NCBI GenBank assembly: GCA_023920165.1
Contig: CP089275.1
Location: forward strand, 2,108,001 to 2,172,000
DNA length: 64,000 nucleotides
Source: Curvularia clavata
Taxonomy: Eukaryota
Direction of reading: 5' to 3'
The position numbers were made by a program, and so were the translations under genes. The notes below the pieces were generated by a model. That model saw only the letters and a list, made by a program, of their open reading frames with translations. It was not told the origin of the DNA and did no database searches. This document shows positions 25,240 through 35,827 of the stretch, piece after piece (the stretch's first letter is position 1; the number at the start of each line of letters is the position of its first letter).

Positions 25240-26012
25240 CTAAGCAGAAGCCTCGAAAGCGGTAGGGAAGCGGCGGATGTTCTCAGCAAGGTTACCCTTG
25301 TTGCGGAGGAACTGAACGTAGGCACCGTCGATCTTGACCTTACCCTCCTGGCGCTGCTGGACGTACTCCTCGCGCTTGAGAGGGGTGAAACCCCAGTTCT
25401 TGGAGACGATGATCTTCTGGCGACCAGGGAACTGAGAATAGTTAGTTTCGAAGTACTAGTAAAATTACAGAAAATGAGCGTACCTTGTACTGGCAACGCC
25501 TCAGAGCCTCGAGAGCAATGGCGCGGTTAGAGTCCCTAGTCCTGACGGACATGAGGATCTGACCAATGTTGACACGAGCGACAAGACCGTTGGGCTTGCC
25601 GAACGCACCACGCATACCGGTTTGCAATCTATCGGCACCAGCGCACGACAACATCTTGTTGATACGGACGACGTGGTAGGGGTGGACACGGACACGGAGA
25701 TGGAAAGATTCCTTTCCTCCGCTCTTGACCATGTACTTGTTGGCGCAAATACGGGCGGCTTCGAGGGCCTCAGAGGACAGCTGCTCGTACTCGTTGGAGA
25801 CCAAGTGGATGCAGAGCGGGAAGTCGTCTACGTTGGCCTTCTTGCGACCGAGGTCGAAGATGCGGATCTTGGCATCGGGTACACCACGGTTGAACCTGCT
25901 CTTGGGGTACTGTAACCCAGTCAGCCTATTGTCCTCCTCTCGCTGTATATCCAGTCTGACGTACGGGCTTGTTCTTGCAGTAGCGGTAGCAACGGGCGGG
26001 ACGGCGGGCCAT
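25240..26012 (-). CDS. RPL10: 60S ribosomal protein L10 (uL16)
   Basis: Exons 26012-25965, 25909-25484 and 25431-25240. Reads [28 protein letters not shown]...[25 protein letters not shown]...[16 protein letters not shown]. Confidence 0.98.
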
Positions 26013-26026
26013 TGTGACGGTTCTTC

Positions 26027-26147
26027 CTGCTTTGAAATCAATGAGCGGATGTCCGGAGAGAGTCGAAAACGAGAGCGAGTGCGCAAACTGATGAAGAGGT
26101 CAGTCACACGTCTGCCAGGGGATCTGAATGCGACAACCGTACCTTAC
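26027..26147 (-). other. Putative 5'-UTR intron of RPL10, possibly a nested [D5,6] stwintron
   Basis: Minus strand: GTAAG|GTACGG...GACTGAC...CAG|TTTGCG...GCTCAT...AAGCAG|GAAGAACCGTCACAATG. Confidence 0.5.
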
Positions 26148-26722
26148 CCTTTATTTGAGTGTTAGTGGGGAGGTGTCAGAGGGCAAAGTCGAAGGAAGTC
26201 GTCAGTCGTGATTGCTAATCACAATATTGCGCACCACACGCCAAGACCCGGTTAAGCGAGCGCCTTGATTTCCAAGCAGGCACCGCCACCCAAGCGCAAT
26301 CCTGGGGATCTGTGGCAAACGCAACGCGAACATTACGCTATTTGTGGTTCTCTGAAGCAATGGTCTGCATATTGCATATCTCTATGATATCAAAAGGGTA
26401 ATCTTCATCCCTCAAATTTTGGCTGAAGCGACACCCTGCTTGGAATTCTTATCCCTAAGCGCGTATAACGTTCATGAAACATATGCTCATCAACGTCAAA
26501 TGCCGAGTCATCAAATCCGTAGCTGCCTTGTTAGACACACGCTATCCTGAAGATGCAGTTCGTGCACAGCCAAGCTGGTCATAATGAGTCACATCACATA
26601 AAGCATGGTCGGACGTCAAATGGCTCATGAATTTGGGTCATTCATTGGATATCATCAGGGGCCGAAGCATACGCCACACCCTAGGTATCATGTCTAACTT
26701 TTTTCCCACGTGCTACACCGCT

Positions 26723-27370
26723 CTAGTTCTCAGTGTTGGTGCTCAGGATGTCAGAGTCACCTGCAGAAAGTTAGTGGACCGCGTATGTGTTGAGAAGCCA
26801 AGTAAAAACGTACCAGCGTCGATGATGGACATGACAGAGCAGCGGAAGAGCTTACCGCAAGCGGTTCCAAGCTCAATCTTCAACAAAGTTAGTTGATAGC
26901 TCTCCATGGCCGTGTTCGGACCAATTCTCAGAGCCAGCCCTCGGAGATACCCAGTGCAATCGAACCCCGTTCTTGTCTGATTCTACCCTGAACATATAGG
27001 TCGAGAACTTGTGAACTGATAGATAGGCAATTCAATCGCACGGGTATCTCGTCGTTAGGCAATGAGAGTGGGTGGAGTGTATACGTACGTTGTTTCCAGA
27101 GAAGTGGTGGACAGAGGTCTTGGAAAGCATGGCGTAGTCTGGTGTCATGTTAGCAATGCTTTTGAAATAGTGAATATGAATTTATTTACACTCAAGCTCA
27201 GACTTCCTCAGAGGAGGAGTGTTGCCGGCAATGATGACGAGCTTGGCCTTGCCAGTGCGGAGGCTCTTGAGGGTGGACTTGTATCCGAGGGTGACCTTAC
27301 CGGACTTCATCACAAGCGCCAGGCGCGAGTTGATGGAGTCGGCGGTTCTCTTGCTCTTCTTGGGGGCCAT
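26723..27370 (-). CDS. RPL30: 60S ribosomal protein L30 (eL30, L7Ae family)
   Basis: Exons 27370-27190, 27138-27089, 26877-26814 and 26760-26723. Introns of 51, 211 and 53 nt. Reads MAPKKSK...[13 protein letters not shown]...RKSELEYYAMLSKT...[33 protein letters not shown]. Confidence 0.98.
26937..27060 (-). other. Intronic RNA stem-loop closed by a kink-turn motif (RPL30 intron 2)
   Basis: 5' arm GCCU-AAC-GAC-GAGAUACCC-GUGCGAUUGAA pairs with 3' arm UUCGAUUGCAC-U-GGGUAUCUC-CGA-GGGC. Confidence 0.65.
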
Positions 27371-27884
27371 CGTTGCACGTAGGAAGTTGTCTGGGGAATT
27401 CCTAAGGGTGTTGTTGTGCTCCGGTCGTGAGTTGTGGATGTTCAAAGGTAGCGCGCTCACAAAATTCTGTGCGCCAGCCGACGCCAAGATTTGCACTAGC
27501 AGGCTAAAATCATGACTAAACCACGTTCGCGAGCCAGTCGTTTTTTTTAGCAAAGCTCCACCCCAACACCATGACCATCGTCCAAGTTTGAAGTTTGACA
27601 AGCAGCATCATTTTGGCGTTGGCTTCGAAGCAAGAAGACTCAACAGCAGCGCGATATGGTGATACACCTGCGTATCCTGCCTTATTCCTGGAACTAGTTG
27701 CACAAAGTCACCTCATTGGAAACAGAACATTTCGACATGGCTACTAAGACAAAGTGCTGTTGCTTACACAACGCTGCCCAACATGGTATCATTGCACTAT
27801 AATCCATTGTTACATAACAACGGCCGTGAACTCCTCCCCGCATGAAAGCTGCAAGGCTTCACCAAAACGCACCAAGAATCTCAT

Positions 27885-30686
27885 CTATGCTGCCGCCCTT
27901 TGCGTCTGTCTCCCTCCCCGAGTTGGAGCTGCAACTGCACCAGGTCGATTGAGAGTGTACTTTGCAAAAGCTCTCGCCAGTGCCTTCTTTGCGCTAACTT
28001 TCTGCGAGCCAACAAAAGAGTCGACCGCAACAGCAATTGCACGGTCAATATCTACTGATGCACAGTAGTCGGATAGGCGCATCTTGCAGAATGCTTCTGC
28101 GATACGTAATATAGCCTCAAGATGACGGACCTGGTGATATGAGCAAGTGATACGAGTTTTGAGAATTTCAACTTACAGTGATAGGATAGGCTCCCGTTGC
28201 CATGGACTCTCGACGCATGTCTGCAAAGAGACGCGCAATCTTATCTTGCTCAATCTGATAGAGCTTGGGCCTACACTTTTCCCGGGCATAGAGAATGTAC
28301 TTCCTCAAAAGTTCTTGGGGAATCTCGCCCTCTTTAGGTGGGGCGTCTCCATCAACTTCCATTTGATCTTCACCATTTTGTGATGCTTTAGCCTTGTCGG
28401 AATAACCGTAGGCTGAATTGACAAGTGGGTGTGCTCGGCCATGGGAGTTGACAACGAACTTGGCCAGGCGCTCATCCTCTGCCGGATCGACAGTGTCACG
28501 CACAACGCACAAAATGTCGAATCGAGACAGAATAGGCTCCGTCAGCTCAACGTTTTGTGAAAAAGGAATTGTGGAGTTGTAACGTCCACCAATTGGGTTG
28601 GCCGCAGCTACGATAGAACAACGCGCTTGAAGCGTTGTGACGATACCGGCTTTCGAGATGGAGATGGTCTGCTGCTCCATAGCCTCGTGAATGGACGTAC
28701 GATCTTGGTCGTTCATCTTGTCAAACTCGTCAATGAGACAAGTTCCCTTATCCGCAAGCACTAAGGCGCCTCCTTCCAAGGTCCATTCGCTCGTCATAGG
28801 ATCACGACGAACGGAAGCTGTGAGACCAACCGCGGAAGCACCCTGACCGGTTGCAAAGACTGCACGATGAGCCGTCTTCTCGACATACTTTAAGATCTGA
28901 GATTTGGCGGTACCAGGATCTCCAAGGAGAAGCACGTTAATATCGCCACGAATGGAATGGCGACCAGGTGCCTCTTTACTGACGCCTCCAAAGAGTGAAA
29001 GCGCTACAGCGGTCTTGATGTCAGTGTGTCCATAGATGCTGGGCGCAATAGAGCCGATAATCTTGTCAACGATGCGCGGGTCTTTAGACAGTCGTCGGAT
29101 CTCCTTCTCGTCATCCTCAGTTAGCCGGAAACCTGCCAGTTGGTCGTGAGACTTGACGATGTAGTTTGCTTCAAGAATGGTCGCAAAGACGGGGAATCCG
29201 TTCTTGTTGTTCAGAGCGGCGTCGTAGTTATTGCGGTAAATACCCGTGACTTCTATCTCTTCTCCAGGTTTGGCAGAATCAATCAAGTCCCAAAGAAGAA
29301 TAACCTCGCGGTGACGCGGCAAACGACCGGCTGGAACAGTTCCTGGGGACTCCTGTAGGGTGAGCTTCTGGTAGTTGCGGTAGACCGTTCGCTCAGAGTT
29401 GACTGTGAAGGGACCGCGTGACTGGCAGTTTTGACAGAAGGAGATTTTGACCTCAACATTAGAATCTTGGTGGAACGGACCAAGCGTGACACCGCACTTG
29501 GTACAGTCAAACTTGACATACTTCAGTTGCGGGAAAACTCCGCTTCGGCGAGTGACTACTCCACTGACGCGAACAAGACTGTTCAGATGTGACTGACGGA
29601 GCTGGCGGAGGGTGTACTGAACGGGTACATCGGTGATGCGAACATGGATCTCAGAGTGGATACGCTCGTAATCTGGGTAGTGAAGGAGTGTCACTTCCAT
29701 GGCGACTTGGTCAAAGATTTTGAGCATTTCGGTAGGTGTATTGGCAAGCCAGTAGGCTAGAGTAGCCTTTTGCTCTGCCAGATGATCGAAGGACACCTCC
29801 AGTGACTCTGCGTTGACCTCACCCAATGTTCGGATACGGGCACCATAGACTGAATGGCCATGCTCGTCCGTGTACTCGGTCAGAAAAGACTTGAACTCTC
29901 GCGCAATGGTCCGGGCGACTTGAGGTTGAGCAACCCAATCGGTCAACGTATTAGCTTTCACGTCGGTGAGCGCCTCGAGCGTCAATTCCTCATTCATGAT
30001 ATCGTCAGCCATGTCCATGTCGTCGTCTTCATCATAACGGTGTCTTCGAACACGACGGCGTCCCATCAGACCTGCCAAGCCGTCTTGCTCATCTTCATCC
30101 GGCAGAAAGGCAGCAGGCATACGACGTCTAGCCTCTCTGTCGCGGGCGTTCAGGCTCGCATCGAGTTTTCGCCTCTCAGCAAGACTGAGCTCTTCGTATT
30201 CGCCTTCATCGTCGATTCCCTGGCCCTCATAGGCGTCGTTCTCACGAGCTGCGTAGTCATTCTCGAAATCATCCGCAAACAAGTCGATTCCCTCGGCCTC
30301 TTCTGCGTCCTCGTCCAGGTCGTCAACATCGCGAATAATGTCGTCATCATCGAGCATATCCGCATCTTCCTCGTTTGGTAGCACAGGCGGGGACGAGGCC
30401 ATGGCTGTTGGCTGTCAGCTATTTGTTGTTTGTTGTTTCCTTTGTTTGCGCAGCACTTACGACTGGACGGAGGGTGCACCGCTGAGGAAGGAAGGTCTTC
30501 GTCTCTCGCACGCTTGTTGCTTCTACTAGCAGGGGCAGCGCCCCGATTTCCGGAGGACATGTTGGATCGAAGTGGTGGTGGAGGTGAACTGAGTCTGTTA
30601 GTATTGTGGTATCGGCGGTAAAGAGGGGCTCAGGGTCGGCGCTCGGTCTACGACTCATGCGTACGTGTGTGGAATACACACCTCAT
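27885..30686 (-). CDS. MCM2: DNA replication licensing factor MCM2
   Basis: Exons 30686-30682, 30588-30461, 30404-28177 and 28130-27885. Acidic N-terminus, Zn finger CTKC...CQNC, Walker A GDPGTAKSQ, IDEFDKM, arginine finger SRFD and PITVRHLEA. Confidence 0.97.
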
Positions 30687-30794
30687 TTTGGCTCAATGCA
30701 CAATTCTCGCATAGAAAATAGGATTACCGTAGGGTAATTGGGGGTAGCTGTGCGGGGTTGCAGGTGGTAGAGGAGAGGGTCAAGCAATACACGA

Positions 30795-30822
30795 TCGCGT
30801 CGCGCTTTCCTTTTCCACGCGT
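30795..30822. promoter_or_regulatory. MCB-like elements in the MCM2/UBR7 divergent promoter
   Basis: TCGCGTCGCG at 30795-30804 and a perfect ACGCGT at 30817-30822. Confidence 0.55.
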
Positions 30823-31020
30823 AAAGTGCTTTTGCTGCAGCCAATCAGCGCCTACGCGCAACTTGTGCCTTTGATACTGCTCACCACTCTCTGTGACTCG
30901 CCATCTCAACAAATCAGGCTTCTGTTGGCTGTTCCAAGCGATCTAGAGACTCGAGTTCTTCTAATCAGAAATTGCCTAACCATCCTCGGAAGACGTATCT
31001 CTCTACGTTACTCCGTTGTC

Positions 31021-32812
31021 ATGGCGGATTCACAGTCCTCAGCCATGTCTTCCAAGCCACGCTCCAGCAGCATGTCGCAAGCATCGGAAAGCTCCCAGAC
31101 GGCAGCAGAGTATGCATTCTGTCAAACTTTTATAGACAGGCTTACTGATTGTATTTGAATAGCTTCATTAAAGAGCAGCTCAGCCTCGAGGCAGAGGCAC
31201 GCGAGGCACTTCCATACGTACGTACGTACACCAGATTACCTATGCCTATACTGATGCCTAACAGCAATTCGACACTTGTACACGCGACCTTGGTCCTCTA
31301 CGACAGAGCCTCTATGCATGCCTTACGTGCAACCCCGCGCCAGCCTCGTCCGCTCAACAATACACACCAGCAGGCGTCTGCTATTCATGCTCAATCTCAT
31401 GTCATGGCGAACATACACTCGTCGAACTGTTTAATAAACGCAATTTCATATGTGATTGCGGCACTACGAGAATACCAGATATGACGCCCTGCACGCTTCG
31501 TCTCAATGCGAAAACTGGGAGGAAAGGCGAGGTGACTGGAGAAGAACCGGCGAAGACCAATAAATACAATCAAAACTTTCAGAACAAATTCTGTGGCTGT
31601 GGTCAAGATTACGATCCCCACGAAGAGAAGGGCATCATGTTCCAATGTCTTGGGCTTGGAGGCTGTGACGAAGGCGGCTGCGGTGAGGATTGGTGGCATC
31701 CTGAATGCCTGGTTGGCTTCACCCGCGAGGAGTACAGCAGAATGATTGAGAAGCCTGAGACTGAGACAAATAAGGGTGCCGGAGATGGCATGGACGTTGA
31801 TAGGACGGAGGGAAAGTCCAACGAAGCCAACGGAAACGCGGCAGAGACAGTGCCATCGAACCAAACAGCCATTGCGGATGCTGTTGCAAACGAAAATGGT
31901 GCTGACGGTAACGATATTGCGGCAGAAGGTGGCGAAGACGATGATGACCCACCACTACCTCCAGGGTTCCCCGCTGAGGACGACTTTGATCACTTTCTCT
32001 GCTACAAGTGCGTTGCAGCCAACCCATGGATCCAGAAATATGCTGGCTCTGCTGGGTTCCTCCCACCAATATACCACGACAAGACTATTGCGCTTTCTCA
32101 CACACAAAATGCCACAGTCGCTGAGCCGGAGCAAGCAAACACGGCCACCAAGAAACGCAAAGCATCTGATAATGATGAAGAGCAACACGCAACTTCAAGC
32201 CTGGCAGCACCTGTAGCAACTAAGCGCCAGAAGTCCGAAGACCCCAGCGGTACTCTTTCCAGCATCCCTGAAGACCTCCCAGCGCTTCCCACACCACCCA
32301 AACAACTAGAAGCGCCAAGGCATACCTCTCTTCCCCCGCTTCCCGAAACCGCCCTTACGACACCTTTCTCACTCTTCCTCAAGCCCGACTTCCGCGACTA
32401 TTTCTGTCATTGCGATGAATGCTACCCGCAACTAAAACTGCACCCACAACTCCTCGAGGAAGAAGAGACATATGAACCTCCTGTGTCAGAAGACGGCGAA
32501 GCAGGCGCGCAGTCCGTAGGCACAGGAAGCATTCTCGACCGCGGAGAAGCGGCCTTCAACAATATGGACCGTGTCCGCGCTATCCAAGGAGCAATGGCAT
32601 ATGCTCACATTAGAGACAAGGTCTCTGCGTTTTTGAAGCCGTTTGCGGAGTCTGGGCAGGCTGTTGGTGCAGAAGACGTCAAGGCATACTTTGAGAAACT
32701 GAGAGGTGATGCGCAGGGTATTGCGGATGCGGCTGGTGGGGCAAAGGCGAGCCGTAATGAGGAGGATGGGGGTGTGGGAGGTAATGGCAGGAAAGAGCAG
32801 GATGGGTACTGA
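31021..32812 (+). CDS. UBR7: UBR-box and PHD-finger protein (UBR7 / Mlo2-like)
   Basis: Introns 31110-31162 and 31218-31264. UBR box FDTCTRDLGPLRQ...CYSCSISCHGEH...KRNFICDCG, then NKYNQNFQNKFCGC, MFQCLG...EDWWHPEC and a C-terminal DRVRAIQGAMAY. Confidence 0.88.
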
Positions 32813-33140
32813 ATGAGCTATTGAGATGGTAATGTGAGACGATGATACTGGAGGGGCGGTTGCGTGGAGATTCTGTACCATCGTGTGCGCTTGGGTGAAT
32901 GATGACGTATGCGCGCGTGCGCTTCTGAACGTAGAAGAAGTTGTAATGACATGCTTTCGGCTTTTCACCTTGATCCTTGATTTGAAAAATACAAGTTTCA
33001 TACAACAATAAGTACACATTCTGAATCTCTGGGTATCAAAGTAAACTATGTCTCTCTTCTTTCCTTGGTAATTAGACTTCTCCCTTTCCTTTATACATTC
33101 CATCCGAACAACTACTTTTGCGATATACTTCTTGGTTGAC

Positions 33141-34745
33141 TTACGATGCGGTCACAGTGACCGTCTCCCGGACTGTCTCCTTCTCTGTCTTCGTTGCTGT
33201 CTCAGTCACCGTGAACACCTGACTTGGTGGTATTGGTGTAATTATGAGTGGGCCTTCCGATGTTGATGTTGAAGAAGAGATAGTGGAAGAAGAAGGCGTT
33301 GGCGGTGGTGGCGGCGACGACGATGTAGAGGAAGCGCTTGTTGTTGCTGATGGAGATGGTGCAGCGTTTGATGTTGATGCGGGAACTTGTGACGGAGAGG
33401 GTGTTGAGGAGAGGGTTGGCTGTGCTGAGGTTGATGCAGGCGGTGTAGTAGAAGACGATGGCTGCGCTGGTGGCCCTGGCGGCACCACCGAGGAAGAAGT
33501 TGGCTTAGCTAGCGTTGAGCTCTCCGATGAGGAGAGTGAGGGGGAGCTGGTCGGATTTGCCGATGGCGTTACCTCTGCTGGTGACGAAGTCTTTTCAGAG
33601 GCAGAAGAGACGGCCAATGAACTGGGTACTACAGGCTCGGGTACAGCAGAAGTAGCCGGTACCTGGGGCACACTGCTTGGCTCTACGCTGGCCATGACGG
33701 TAGTGAAAGACGTAACGATAACTACTGGTGGGACTTGCAAAGACGCCGACGGTAAAGCCTGGGCTGGTGAGCTGGTAACAGAAGGCGCTGCCTCCTGGCC
33801 TTCACTACATGTCGGTTGCTTGTTCACTTCAGATGATAATTGGGATGAAGAGCTAGGCTGCTGTGTCTGGGTCGGTGTGGCTGATCCTGATCCTGGTGTC
33901 GTACGTGCAGTTGTAGCCGCATCGGGCAACGGGGCTGATACATACACAGTAGTGTAAGATGTGACAACAATACGTGATCTCGAAGACGATACTACAGGCG
34001 AGCCACTCGGGACCACAGATGATACTGCGGATGAAGCGACTATGGCTGAACTTGAGGTACTGTTCGACGGCTGCAGGCTTGGACCCGCTGATCCAGGATG
34101 CTGGAAGCCAGGCATCCCCCCCGACGTAGGCACTGGTGCTTCGCTAGCCACGTCAGTGGGCGAGGCCGCAGTAGATGTCTCTTTCTCCGCGGGTGAGTAC
34201 GTAAACTTGGGGACTTGCCGACTAGTACCGCTAGCCGTGCTGTTCTCAACAGCTTTGACTGTGCTTGATAATGCTGATGAAGCAACAGAGGTAGTGGGTA
34301 GTGGACTGTTCCCGGTAGGTGCTTGTCTTGGATCCGGTGTAGTGGCAGATGTGGACAGTGGGCTAGATGACTTGTCTGACGTAGGCTTTGGGGTCGGTGT
34401 GATGAAAGATGTGGAGAAGACTGTTTGTGGATCTTGAGTTACGAGTGGCTGGCCATCAGGATTGACAAAGGTGATGGCTGGTGCTATCGATGTGAAGACT
34501 GTTTCCTGGATAGGCTCCACTACTATGGCAGTGTCTGCTTGCACAGTCTTCTGTCCAGACACTGAAGAAACTGTGGAAGTAGTGTTGAAGTAGCCAGTAA
34601 ACCTGCACGCGACTAGTGAGTGGTTTTGCTGGGATGTTTGGAAACAAGAATCTTACTGTGACCTCTGGTGGTTCCTCGGGACTGGCCCGCCAACCACACG
34701 TGTCGAAAAAGCTGCCAGCAGCAGTATGTTGAAAATAAAAGCCAT
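33141..34745 (-). CDS. Secreted Ser/Thr/Pro-rich mucin-like protein
   Basis: Exon 1 (34745-34657) encodes signal peptide MAFIFNILLLAAFSTRVVG. Intron 34603-34656 (GTAAGA...CAG) joins in frame to the long S/T/P-rich ORF. No obvious GPI tail. Confidence 0.8.
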
Positions 34746-35827
34746 TTCAAGGCTTTGCGAGAATTAGAGTACCAGAAAGAAAATACCAACAGGTGCGATA
34801 CCAGCGCTTGGGTGCAAGACAATGAAAGAAAGCGACAGACAGGACAAGAAGACTGAAGAAAAATGGACACTGAAGAGAAGCGATCGACAAGAGAAAAGCA
34901 ATGGAAAGGAAATAAAGCACACAAGGAAATAGGAAACAGTTGGTCTCAAGCAAACGACAGTCTAGACATTCAGATGGCTACGATGAGGGTCTCATGGCTC
35001 GTGGGCTGCCAGCGGTTTTGATGCTGCATTAGCCGCCTTGGACACGGTTTGAGCAGACAATGGCCCAAAGACTGGTATTGGTCGAGCATTGTCGCAGCAG
35101 TCCGCAATTTAGATGGGTTACTCGAGCCCCAGACAAAAATACGGTAAGTATGCAAAGAGTGGCTGTGGAGCTCTGGTGTGCTGGGTTGACGTTTCATCAG
35201 TGGACCAATGAGAAGGCGCCAGGGCATGGTACAGCGACAACGGCCAGGCGCTTCGCCGGATGATTCTGGCCGCTCGACGCCCGCAACTGGGATGCTGGAA
35301 ATAGCCCGCTGGCACAAGGCTTGTCGGCGCTATCCGACACTGTGCCTGGCTTGATGCATATACGGCCGACGCCCACTTCCTCGAAAAGGCCACCGGGGCT
35401 TCTAGCATTGACGGTGCGCCAAGACATGTCTCGATGTCCCGCAAGGACCTCTACGCTGGCAGGGAAGTTGACGTGACCCCAGGACGGTATACCGTAAATG
35501 ACGACGGCCATGGGTAGCCTGGACACGGCAGCGATGGATGGATATTCTCTCCCGCCACGATCGATCGGGGGCCGAAGAGATGGGGGCGGTGATGGGGGCT
35601 GCACGTGCCGCTTGTTCTTCCGTCCCCGGCGGTGACGGGTTGACCAGGTAACAGACCAAAAACGACTAGGGGCAGGCCAGAAACGCGATGCGCGTGAGTG
35701 GGCCTTTTTTGGACAACGCAGACTTGCAGCGTCACCTACGGTAGGTCCGGCATTCTCTTCTCTGTAGATTTAGGCTTGTTGTTTTCCGTCGTCCTTCACC
35801 AACCATTGCCGTCCGCGGGCCACCACC

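Noticed and set aside
25045..25530. 161-aa + strand ORF with a hydrophobic N-terminus and good Kozak context
   Set aside because: Most of it is the antisense shadow of RPL10's biased codons and 3' UTR; no independent support.
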